From contig CAWDOD010000002.1 of NCBI GenBank assembly GCA_963803805.1, forward strand, positions 768,001 through 832,000: a stretch of 64,000 bases of DNA. Reading direction: 5' to 3'. The notes under the pieces were generated by a model that saw only the letters and a list, made by a program, of their open reading frames with translations, was not told the origin of the DNA and searched no databases. The DNA comes from an uncultured cyanobacterium. GTDB lineage: Bacteria; Cyanobacteriota; Cyanobacteriia; Cyanobacteriales; CAWCAG01. The position numbers and the translations under genes are program-made. Shown here one piece after another: positions 30,123-39,241 of the stretch (positions within the stretch are counted from its first letter, which is position 1; each line of letters begins with the position of its first letter).

Positions 30123-32390
30123 ATGCAACAGACCCTATCAACAACGGCAACGGCAAATTCCCATAATCGAGCCAACATTCAAGTTATCAGACGAAATGGC
30201 GCGAAAGCGCCTCTCAATGTCTCTAAAATTCGGTCTGTTGTTGACTGGGCTTGTGCAGGAGGTGAAGCTAATCCCATCACCCTAGAAGCAGGATTAAAAA
30301 CCCGCCTCAGAAATGGTGTCACCACCAGAGAGATCCAAGATAACTTAATTAACTGCGCTTTGGAAATGTGCAGCCCCACTGAACCAGACTGGCGCTATGT
30401 AGCCGGGAGACTCCATATTTGGAGTTTGTGGAAAGATATTTTGGTATCCCGTGGCTATCAGTATGGTCATTATGCCCGAACAGTGGCAGATAAAGTCAAA
30501 AGTAACCAATATGATCGGGCCATTTCTGTTTATAGCGAAGCAGAATTAACAGAGGCAGGGAGTTGGATCAATCCAGATTGGGATACAGATTATGATTATG
30601 CTGGGGCTGTTCTATTAACCAATCGCTATCTCCTTGATGATGAATTACCCCAGGAAGCCCTCTTAACCTGTGCTTTATTGTTGGCATCCACCGAAAGTCC
30701 ACATGAACGCTTAGGCTGGGCTAAGAAGTTTTATGTAGCGATCGCCACTCGAAAAATTTCTTTAGCAACACCGATTTTAGCTAACTTGAGAGTTCCTAAC
30801 GGTTCACTCAGTAGCTGTTTTATTGCCGCAATGGACGACAATTTAGAAAGTATTTTTGAAACTATTACTAATACGGCGAGAATTTCCAAAAACGGCGGTG
30901 GTGTAGGCTGTAACGTCAGTCGTATAAGGGCTACGGGTAGTTGGGTAATGGGCAAAAAGAATGCTTCAGGGGGAGTAATTCCTTGGATTAAGTTGCTCAA
31001 TGATACTGCGATCGCCGTTAACCAAGGAGGGCGTAGGGCTGGGGCTGTTACCGTTAGCTTAGATATCTGGCATCTTGATGTACCAGAATTTTTAGAGATG
31101 CAAACAGAAAATGGTGATCAGCGCCGCAAAGCTTACGATATTTTTCCTCAATTGGTTATTAGCGACGAATTTATGCGTCGGGTGAAGGATAAGCAAGAAT
31201 GGACATTAGTAGATCCTTATGAATTACGTACCAAGTTGGGTATAGAATTAGCTGAACTTTGGGGAGATAAGTTTGAAGCTGCTTACCAAAAAATTGAAGC
31301 TGCTTTAGACAAAGAAATCAAGCTTTATAAAAAAGTTAATGCCCGTGAACTTTTCAAAGGCATCATGAAAGCACAAGTAGAAACGGGAATGCCCTATCTC
31401 TGGTTTAAGGATGCTGCTAACCGTGCTAACCCCAACCAACACGAGGGATATATACCTGGTGGCAATTTGTGCCAGGAAAGCTGGTCAAATGTTAAACCAG
31501 GGGTAGAAGCCCACACTTGCAACCTTTGTAGCATCAACTTAGCTAATACAGAAGAAACTGAGTTACCCAACATTAGCCGCATTGCTGTACGGATGTTGGA
31601 CAATACCATCGATTTAACCTCTCCTCCCTTCCAAGCTAGCCAAACCCACAATGACAAGTATCGTACTATTGGAGTCGGTTGTATGGGCTTAGCGGACTGG
31701 CTAGCCAAGCGCAAGCTATCTTATAGCAGTTTGTCTGAGATAAGTTACCTTTTTGAGGAAGTTGGCTACTATTGCACCTATGCCTCCATGGAATTAGCCC
31801 AAGAAAGAGGGGCTTATCCTGCTTTTGCTGGTAGTGAATGGAGTAAAGGAAAACTTATCGGTGCTAAATCTGTAGACTGGTTTAAAGCTAATGCTAGAGA
31901 TCACGGGCGTTGGGTTGCCCTGGCAGGGGAGATTATTAAACATGGCATTCGCAATTCCCATATTACGGCGATCGCCCCTAACACCTCTTCATCTTTAGTC
32001 CAAGGTTGTACAGCCAGTATTTTGCCAGTTTATAGCAAGTTCTTCTACGACAAATGGGCTAAAGGAACAGTACCCATCGCCCCTCCCTTTATCAAAGATA
32101 GTTTCTGGTTCTACCGAGAAAATAAGAACCTGGATCAAAAAGAGGTGGTTAAAGCAGTCGCAACCATTCAAAAATGGATTGATACAGGGATTTCTATGGA
32201 ATTACTCTTTAACCTCAACAAAGGAGTTTACTTCCCCGAAGAACCAGAACGTTGTCTTAAAGCCAAAGATATCCTAGAAACCTTAATCATGGCTTGGGAA
32301 GAAGGATGTAAAGCCGTTTATTATATCCGCACCGTACAAAAAGATGATTTTAAAGAAAAGGGAGACAGTTGTGTTTCATGTGCTAACTAA
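30123..32390 (+). CDS. nrdA: Ribonucleoside-diphosphate reductase class Ia alpha subunit with ATP cone
   Basis: VIRRNG ATP cone, ATPILAN, SSCF, GNLCQE, APNTSSS, YYIRT, terminal CVSCAN. ATG 30123 preferred because ATG 30057 lies inside an NrdR box. Confidence 0.95.
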   Translation: MQQTLSTTATANSHNRANIQVIRRNGAKAPLNVSKIRSVVDWACAGGEANPITLEAGLKTRLRNGVTTREIQDNLINCALEMCSPTEPDWRYVAGRLHIWSLWKDILVSRGYQYGHYARTVADKVKSNQYDRAISVYSEAELTEAGSWINPDWDTDYDYAGAVLLTNRYLLDDELPQEALLTCALLLASTESPHERLGWAKKFYVAIATRKISLATPILANLRVPNGSLSSCFIAAMDDNLESIFETITNTARISKNGGGVGCNVSRIRATGSWVMGKKNASGGVIPWIKLLNDTAIAVNQGGRRAGAVTVSLDIWHLDVPEFLEMQTENGDQRRKAYDIFPQLVISDEFMRRVKDKQEWTLVDPYELRTKLGIELAELWGDKFEAAYQKIEAALDKEIKLYKKVNARELFKGIMKAQVETGMPYLWFKDAANRANPNQHEGYIPGGNLCQESWSNVKPGVEAHTCNLCSINLANTEETELPNISRIAVRMLDNTIDLTSPPFQASQTHNDKYRTIGVGCMGLADWLAKRKLSYSSLSEISYLFEEVGYYCTYASMELAQERGAYPAFAGSEWSKGKLIGAKSVDWFKANARDHGRWVALAGEIIKHGIRNSHITAIAPNTSSSLVQGCTASILPVYSKFFYDKWAKGTVPIAPPFIKDSFWFYRENKNLDQKEVVKAVATIQKWIDTGISMELLFNLNKGVYFPEEPERCLKAKDILETLIMAWEEGCKAVYYIRTVQKDDFKEKGDSCVSCAN

Positions 32391-32444
32391 TACTGCACTA
32401 ACTAGTTGACTACCTACTCCCCATTAAGATTAAGATTAACCTCA

Positions 32445-33497
32445 ATGCAAACTAAAATTTCCATGAAAAGTAACCCCATCTTCAACCCTGATGGGGATGA
32501 TCGCCCCGAAACTCGTTCCATTTGGTTTGGTAATACCACAAACCTCATGCAACTTAACGATGTCCGTTATCCCTGGGCTGTTGGTTTGTACCAACAAATG
32601 CGAGAAAACTTCTGGGTTCCCCAAAAATTGGACTTAACCCAAGATGTCACCGATTATTGGAACTTAACCCCAGAAGAACGCTATGCCTTCGACGGCATTC
32701 TTTCCTACTTAACCTTCTTAGACTCTGTACAGACTTGTAATATTCCCCACATCAAAAGTAGTGTTACTGCCCCAGAAGTTAGCCTTTGCATGGCAGAACA
32801 AATTTCCCAAGAAGGAATGCACAACCAAAGTTATCAATATATCATCGAAACCGTCATTCCTAGTGAACGGAGGAATGCTGTTTATGAGTTTTGGCGTACT
32901 GATAAGGTGCTGCGAGACAGGTGCGAATTTGTCGCCGGGCTTTATCAACAATATGTCGATAATCCCACACCAGAAAGCTACTTTGTTTCCTTACTCGCAG
33001 ACTTTTTATTAGAAGGGCTTTATTTCTACAACGGCTTCATCTATTTCTATAACCTTGCTTCTAGGATGTTAATGCCGGGGAGTGCAGACATTTTTAAAAT
33101 GATTAACCGTGATGAGTTAAGTCACGTTCGCTTGTTTCAAAAACTCATCCCTGAAGCAATGCAAGTATTTCCCCATTCCCTTGAACAAGTCTATGCTATG
33201 GTGGATGCTGCTGTAGAACATGAATGCCGTTGGACGGGGCATATTGTTGGTAACAACATTTTGGGCATCACAGAAGCTAGCACAGAACAATATACCAAAT
33301 ACTTAGCTAATATGCGACTGCGTAGCATTGGCTTAAAGCCTTTGTATCCAGAAGAAAAATACAAAAAGAGTCCCTACGCTCACTTAGAACGCTTTTCCGA
33401 TACTAAAAAAGAGGGGCATACCAAAGCAAACTTCTTTGAAGCGGGAGTTACCAGCTATGTTATGTCTTCTGGAGTCGGTGGTTGGGATGAAATTTAA
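32445..33497 (+). CDS. nrdB: Ribonucleotide reductase class Ia beta subunit
   Basis: FLDSVQ, QEGMHNQSY (radical Tyr), LEGLYFYNGF, RDELSH, NFFE...Y. Confidence 0.95.
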   Translation: MQTKISMKSNPIFNPDGDDRPETRSIWFGNTTNLMQLNDVRYPWAVGLYQQMRENFWVPQKLDLTQDVTDYWNLTPEERYAFDGILSYLTFLDSVQTCNIPHIKSSVTAPEVSLCMAEQISQEGMHNQSYQYIIETVIPSERRNAVYEFWRTDKVLRDRCEFVAGLYQQYVDNPTPESYFVSLLADFLLEGLYFYNGFIYFYNLASRMLMPGSADIFKMINRDELSHVRLFQKLIPEAMQVFPHSLEQVYAMVDAAVEHECRWTGHIVGNNILGITEASTEQYTKYLANMRLRSIGLKPLYPEEKYKKSPYAHLERFSDTKKEGHTKANFFEAGVTSYVMSSGVGGWDEI

Positions 33498-33791
33498 TTA
33501 AAAATTCTCAACTCCCACTTCTGTTTTGTTAACTAACCTAGGGATAGACAGTATAACTCCGTTGCAAAAAGCAACATTGCTTTATCCTTTGATATGAGTT
33601 ATCCATGACATTTGGCTTAAGCATCAAAAGCTTTGCAGGTTAAGGGTTGCAGCTTGCAGGTTGTAGGTTGCATATTTCTTCAACACTGCTGATTAGAAAA
33701 TTATTTTCCACAGAACACTAGCTGTTAGTACCAGAGATAGCGTATCTTAGGGTATTATCTCGCAGCTTTGTATTTTTGAACGTCTTACATT

Positions 33792-34481
33792 ATGTCCAAA
33801 TCTCTTGAATCTTCTGTCATTCCCCCTCAAGTTCAACAACTCTTTGCTCAAGTCTATGCAGAAATGCTTTCCTCGGTGCAAGGTGAAGCAACATCAGAAC
33901 AAGTTGAGCAACTCCAAACTGAGTTAGAAGCAGTAAAAGCTGAACTCAAGGGTATTCTCTTCGCTTTCGGCGAGTCACAAAAGCAAGTAATGGCTATAGC
34001 TCAGGAAAATGAACGGCTCAAACACGGAGGGGAACTGACGCAAGAGCAAGGCGAAAGCAGCGCTACTACTAAGACAACCCTAGCTGGACAAACCTTCTAT
34101 ATACCTTTGCCCGTAGCCGATGCTCTCCAAGCTGAACGGGTGAGTATGCAAGCGGAAATTGCTACTTTAAAAGCGCAGCAAGAGCAGCCAAAAGGCAAGA
34201 CAAACAAACCTAAGCCTAACCCTAAAAAAGCTTCTACTCAACCAACTAAGTCTAAAACAGAAACGAAACCTTCTCCTTCAATTGCTGATCAAGAAGGTTG
34301 GGATGTTGGGACTAAGAAAATGCAAACTGACTTAACCAAAACAAAAATCCTGACTAGAAGTCAAACTGACAAGGTAAAAAAAGCTGGGGCGAAAGTTACT
34401 GGCAAAGATGGTTCTGTTTGGGAATTCACTGGCAGAAACCGCGCTCGTAACAATGCGAAGATTTATGAACGTATAGGTTAG
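33792..34481 (+). CDS. Hypothetical coiled-coil protein with basic C-terminal domain
   Basis: 229 aa; heptad-rich N-terminal half, K/P/T linker, GSVWEFTGR C-terminus. Confidence 0.7.
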   Translation: MSKSLESSVIPPQVQQLFAQVYAEMLSSVQGEATSEQVEQLQTELEAVKAELKGILFAFGESQKQVMAIAQENERLKHGGELTQEQGESSATTKTTLAGQTFYIPLPVADALQAERVSMQAEIATLKAQQEQPKGKTNKPKPNPKKASTQPTKSKTETKPSPSIADQEGWDVGTKKMQTDLTKTKILTRSQTDKVKKAGAKVTGKDGSVWEFTGRNRARNNAKIYERIG

Positions 34482-34515
34482 GGGGTAATAGGTTTAGCGA
34501 TTAAAATTTCTCAGC

Positions 34516-34553
34516 TTAAAAAATGAGACTCTTATAAGAGTCTCATTTTTTAA
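34516..34553. terminator. Perfect 38-bp palindrome, probable intrinsic (bidirectional) terminator
   Basis: ttaaaaaatgagactctta|taagagtctcattttttaa with A and T tails. Confidence 0.75.
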
Positions 34554-34786
34554 TAGGGGTAAACTCAATTGGTATTTTTCTACGGATAACTAAAGGGCAA
34601 GAAATTATGCTGATGCTTCAGTTATTATTTATTTTGAGTACTTAGTAGATATTGTGTAAGTAATATTTTTTCTGTGAAGAAATAGAGAATGTATTTGTTT
34701 TTACGGCGGCGACAAATTAAATGGTTTTTTATTAAAAAATACAGAGAAAATATTCTCTCCTTAATTGTGCAATCACCCAAAACTTT

Positions 34787-35548
34787 ATGACATCCCTCCT
34801 CGTTAATACCAGCCCAGCTAATGTTTCCACTCCCCTATTCCAGAAACAAAAGCTTAATCAAATACTCAATGAAGTTGTTTCCCAATACGCCTTAGAAAAT
34901 CATCCTTTTGTTAAACAGTTTGCAGCAGGAAATTTTAGCAAAGATGCTATTCGCAAATTTGCTATGAAAATGCTACCGGGAAGCAATCGCTTCAATCAAG
35001 CATTTTTGAAAGTAACAGCGAAAATGTCCAATTATCGCGCTCGAACAATTATGTTAGAAAATGCTTTCACTGAACATGGAGAGCTAGATCCAGATAAGGC
35101 TCATGTAGCCTTATTTATGCGCTTTATGAGAGGTATTGATTGTCCTCGTGTTGATCTGAATGAGGATGACGGTGCTTTTCGTATCCCCGCCTTACGATTT
35201 AAGAAGTTTGAAGTTTGTGACGATGAGCCAATTGTACGCTCTTTGGGACGCTTTGCTGTTATTGAACAAATTTTACCTGGTATTTTCCCCAACTACATTG
35301 AGGGATTGCGTAAAATTTTCCCCGGCATTGATGACCAAACTATTGAGTATTTCCATATCCATTGTATCCTTGATCCAGAGCATACTGATGAGTTGCTTGA
35401 TGTGGCGCAAATGCACATCGAATCTGAGGATGATGTGATGTTATTTGAGGCAGGAGTGCAAGATATGGCCCTGTCAATTCAAGATATGTTTACTTGGATG
35501 AAGGAAAATTTGGAAGCAGAAGCTAGTACTCTATCGATTAACAATTGA
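34787..35548 (+). CDS. Heme-oxygenase-like di-iron enzyme (CADD/PqqC/TenA fold, iron-containing redox enzyme)
   Basis: HPF; LENAFTEHG...AH; AVIE; YFHIHCILDPEH (H-x3-D-x2-H). Confidence 0.85.
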   Translation: MTSLLVNTSPANVSTPLFQKQKLNQILNEVVSQYALENHPFVKQFAAGNFSKDAIRKFAMKMLPGSNRFNQAFLKVTAKMSNYRARTIMLENAFTEHGELDPDKAHVALFMRFMRGIDCPRVDLNEDDGAFRIPALRFKKFEVCDDEPIVRSLGRFAVIEQILPGIFPNYIEGLRKIFPGIDDQTIEYFHIHCILDPEHTDELLDVAQMHIESEDDVMLFEAGVQDMALSIQDMFTWMKENLEAEASTLSINN

Positions 35549-35703
35549 TGGATAAGGGAGAAAGCGGGGAAGAGAAAAATCCTCCCTAGTAGTCTTAACG
35601 ACAACGCTTACTAATACCCTATTTCCCTAGTTCCCTAGTCCAAAAAGTAGCTAAGTGTATAAAACTGCACTTGTAAGTCTTCCCCATCAAAGTAGCTTTG
35701 AGC

Positions 35704-36948
35704 TTAAACTGAGGAAGTTAAAGTAACGGGACTAGGGGCTTTTTGTACTGGTAGTTCAACAATAAACTCGGTTCCCTTACCAGGGGTAGAAAAAAAGCGG
35801 AGACGACCACCATGTTTTTCGACTATGATTTGATGGCTAATGGATAATCCTAGTCCTGTTCCTTTACCTACAGGTTTGGTGGTAAAAAAAGGATCAAAGA
35901 TACGGTTGCTAACTTCTTCGCTCATGCCCATACCGTTATCTTTAATAGCAATTCTAATCCAGTTTTCTTCTAGACCAACTGTCTTGATCCAAATTTTACT
36001 AGGATTAGTAGCTAGTTCTGCTGGAGATAGCTGATTGTTGCGCTCTTCTAGAGTGTCTATGGCATTGCTAATAAGATTCATAAATACTTGATTAACTTCC
36101 CCAGGAAAGCATTTAACCAAAGGAAGATTGCTATAATCTTTGATCAGTTCAACAGAGGGAGAACCAAGCTTTGTTTTGAAGCGACTACGTAACAGCAGTA
36201 AAGTATTATCTATACCTTCATGCAAAGAAGCAAATTTATACTCTGCTTGATCAAGACGAGAAAAGTTACGTAGAGAGCTGACAATTTCTCTGATCCGTTC
36301 TGCGCCAATTTGCATTGAACCTAAAAGTCTCGGTAAGTCTAATTTTAGAAATTCAAGGTCGATTTCTTCAATTACTTCTGCAACTTCCGGGGGAGGTTTG
36401 GGATAACAGCGAGAATATACAGTTAATAATCTCAAAATGTCTTGAATATATTCACTAGCGTAGGAAAGGTTGCCATAAATAAAGTTGACTGGATTATTAA
36501 TTTCGTGGGCTACCCCTGCCACTAGTTGACCTAAGCTAGACATTTTTTCTTTGTGAACAGATTGCATCTGCGATCGCTGTACCTGGTACAAATTAATTTC
36601 TGCTTTTTCTTGGGCTGTTTTATGTTCGTCTTTGATACTGAGGATTTGACGCAAGGTTTGGTGGTAAATGTGGATGCTAAAGAAAATGAACCAAGCAGTA
36701 GAGAGAAAAATTATTCCTGTTAAAAGAGGTAATAAGTCCTGCTTTTCTACCAAAACCAAATAAAAAGCGAGAGAATAGCCACAGAGGAAAAAAATGGTTG
36801 CAAAATATAAAACTTGCCAACTCCATTTTTCGCTACCGGAACTATATAGACTGAGAATATTCCTCACTTTGAGAGTTGAGAAGAACATTACTACGGCACC
36901 ACAAAAAATTAACAGGAGAGTAGTACTTTGAGATAGGAAAGATTGCAT
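35704..36948 (-). CDS. Sensor histidine kinase with 3-TM N-terminus
   Basis: GVAHEINNP, QVFMNLISNAID, DNGMGM, FDPFFTTKPVGKGTGLGL. Confidence 0.93.
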   Translation of the reverse strand: MQSFLSQSTTLLLIFCGAVVMFFSTLKVRNILSLYSSGSEKWSWQVLYFATIFFLCGYSLAFYLVLVEKQDLLPLLTGIIFLSTAWFIFFSIHIYHQTLRQILSIKDEHKTAQEKAEINLYQVQRSQMQSVHKEKMSSLGQLVAGVAHEINNPVNFIYGNLSYASEYIQDILRLLTVYSRCYPKPPPEVAEVIEEIDLEFLKLDLPRLLGSMQIGAERIREIVSSLRNFSRLDQAEYKFASLHEGIDNTLLLLRSRFKTKLGSPSVELIKDYSNLPLVKCFPGEVNQVFMNLISNAIDTLEERNNQLSPAELATNPSKIWIKTVGLEENWIRIAIKDNGMGMSEEVSNRIFDPFFTTKPVGKGTGLGLSISHQIIVEKHGGRLRFFSTPGKGTEFIVELPVQKAPSPVTLTSSV

Positions 36949-37267
36949 ATTTGTCTGGTTTAAAATTACTGAAGAGAAGTCTTCCTCCCCGGCATCAGGT
37001 ACAGGTTAGAAATAAACTCTTCTAGGAGAGAAAATTTAATTACACTAAAAAATAGACAAATTCCGGAAATAACTCCAAGATATAGTTGATTGTACTCAGG
37101 TAGTAACACTTAGCAAAGATTTGCTTATGAAAGCTTGGATTTAGTATGCCATTACTATAACGAAGTGCTAAAAAATGATGTTGGCAGAAAAATAGCTCTT
37201 CAACTGGCACACTAAGTATTGACAAGGGAGAAAATTGCTTTCAATTTTTAAAGAAATTGAAAGATTG

Positions 37268-37957
37268 CTAGACATAAACCTCTAGCAAGCCTTCAAACAA
37301 ACCTCTTCCCTCTATAGTTCCAAGAAGAGGATCGGAGGCTCTTTCTGGATGAGGCATCATACCTAAAATGTTGCCTTGTTCATTGGTGATCCCCGCGATA
37401 TTGTTTACCGAACCGTTAGGGTTGCTGGTTTCATTGATTTCCCCATTACTATGACAATAACGGAAGATTACTTGACCTTGATCTTCTATAGCTTTGAGGG
37501 TATCAGTATCAGCGTAGTAACGCCCTTCGCCATGGGCAATGGGTAAGCTAATGATTTGCTCACAAGAGTAGGCTTGAGTCCAATTTAAGTTGCTTCTTTC
37601 TACTTTAAGGGGAACGCGATCGCAGATGAAGTGTAAGTCTCGGTTACGGATTAATGCCCCAGGTAATAACCCTACTTCCGTTAAAATTTGGAAACCGTTA
37701 CAAATTCCTAAGATGTATTTACCCTGTTGAGCATGAGCCAGTACGCTTTTCATGACAGGAGAAAAACGAGCGATCGCACCACAACGCAAGTAATCTCCAT
37801 AGCTAAAACCACCAGGGATAATTATGACATCTAGTTCCGTTAGATCTGTTTCTTGATGCCAAACCATGCGGGTTGGCTGTCCTAATAACCCTTTGGTTAC
37901 TGTTTCTACGTCGCGATCGCAGTTTGAACCAGGAAAAACTATAATACCAAATTTCAT
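37268..37957 (-). CDS. purQ: Phosphoribosylformylglycinamidine synthase subunit PurQ
   Basis: [34 protein letters not shown]. Confidence 0.97.
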   Translation of the reverse strand: MKFGIIVFPGSNCDRDVETVTKGLLGQPTRMVWHQETDLTELDVIIIPGGFSYGDYLRCGAIARFSPVMKSVLAHAQQGKYILGICNGFQILTEVGLLPGALIRNRDLHFICDRVPLKVERSNLNWTQAYSCEQIISLPIAHGEGRYYADTDTLKAIEDQGQVIFRYCHSNGEINETSNPNGSVNNIAGITNEQGNILGMMPHPERASDPLLGTIEGRGLFEGLLEVYV

Positions 37958-37962
37958 AATGA

Positions 37963-38232
37963 TTAACCGCTAACAACCAATTTCATTAACTCAAAGCGAT
38001 AATTTTCAATCACTGTATTTGCTAAGAGGCGATCGCAAATTTGTGCCAATTGTTCTTCTGCTTGTTGCTGATTAGCCGCAGTTATAATCAACTCTATATA
38101 CTTACCAATTCTAACTTGTTCTACTCCTTGATAACCTAACTGTTCTATACCAGATTGTACTGCTGTACCAGCCGGATCTAGTACTGAAGGTCTAAGAGTT
38201 ATGTAAATGCGAGCCTGATATTTTTCCATCAT
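37963..38232 (-). CDS. purS: Phosphoribosylformylglycinamidine synthase subunit PurS
   Basis: [29 protein letters not shown]. Confidence 0.96.
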   Translation of the reverse strand: MMEKYQARIYITLRPSVLDPAGTAVQSGIEQLGYQGVEQVRIGKYIELIITAANQQQAEEQLAQICDRLLANTVIENYRFELMKLVVSG

Positions 38233-38248
38233 AAGTCTGGTGATTAAA

Positions 38249-38704
38249 TTAACGTACTAAATAAGTTTTCCAAATCGGCTTAGTTTCTCCTGCTTCTCCT
38301 TTCTCTAATACTCGTTTCAATAAGCGCCAAGTTTTTCCTTCCCTTTGTAATTGTAAGTAAAGATCGAAATTATCTTTATCTTGCTCAACTTTTTTATTAT
38401 CTAACTTTATTTTCAGGTTGTAGGTTCCTTTAAGATGGTAAGTCGCTAGGTTGTTGACGTAAAGGGGTTTTAAGTCCTTGATGCTGATTTTGCCAATTTC
38501 CCAGGCAGAAGAAGAGGTTTTAAGCTTCTCTCCAAGCTGTTTTTGAGCTAAACTCACTTGCAATTCTACAGCTTGTTTAACCAAGTTTTTACTTGGTGCT
38601 AAAGTTAAAGGAGGAGTAAGACCAGCACAGGAGGTTAATAATAATATTATTAATAGTAAAGTGACAATTTTTTGATAGCAATTAGTTTTCATTAATTTCT
38701 TCAA
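38249..38704 (-). CDS. Hypothetical lipoprotein
   Basis: Lipobox LLTSC; QREGKTWRL motif. Confidence 0.75.
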   Translation of the reverse strand: MKKLMKTNCYQKIVTLLLIILLLTSCAGLTPPLTLAPSKNLVKQAVELQVSLAQKQLGEKLKTSSSAWEIGKISIKDLKPLYVNNLATYHLKGTYNLKIKLDNKKVEQDKDNFDLYLQLQREGKTWRLLKRVLEKGEAGETKPIWKTYLVR

Positions 38705-38726
38705 TTAATAATGATTATAAAATATA

Positions 38727-38851
38727 TATAGCAATTCTACGACTTGTGAGGTATGGCATAGATTCTGATTTTTGCTAATAGCTAGTGGCTAGTAGTTGGT
38801 GTAAATATGGAAATAGACCAAATGTACCTCATGAATTTGAGAACCGCTATA
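38727..38851. mobile_element. MITE-like element with TATAGC...GCTATA termini; a degenerate second copy runs to about 39026
   Basis: tatagcaattctacgacttgtgaggta ... tacctcatgaatttgagaaccgctata form imperfect TIRs; a similar left end restarts at about 38858. Confidence 0.55.
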
Positions 38852-39241
38852 GTAATTTAGTAATTCTCGTAGTTGTGAGGTTCGAGGTTCTTGATTTGAG
38901 GGAATAGGGTTGGCGTAGCGTTGCCGTAAGGATATAGCCACTCTTTCAATAGGCAACAGAGGTAGAGATTTTTCTGGTCAGGAAAAACGATGCTATAGCT
39001 TTATGAATTATTTGGGAAACGCTATATGCTCTTTAGGTAACTTGCTATACTAGCTCAGAAATTGTTAAAAGTTGAAAGAAAAGAACTAAAAACCGGGAAT
39101 TATTGAAATTAGCATAGCCATCTTAAATTAATAGTACTAGTCCTGGTTTCTAGGAACTTCAGACCATAACCATTGTAAACCCCGTAACTCAAATCAGTGG
39201 TTTTTAGTCTAATCACCTAAGTCCTAACTTATTTCTTAATT

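Noticed and set aside
30057-33497. Intein or intron in nrdA/nrdB, or a metal-free class Ie beta subunit
   Set aside because: Both ORFs are of normal length and continuous, and NrdB retains all carboxylate and His ligands plus the radical Tyr.
37040-37225. 61-aa minus-strand ORF upstream of the histidine kinase
   Set aside because: TTG start, no RBS and no recognisable motif; likely promoter DNA.
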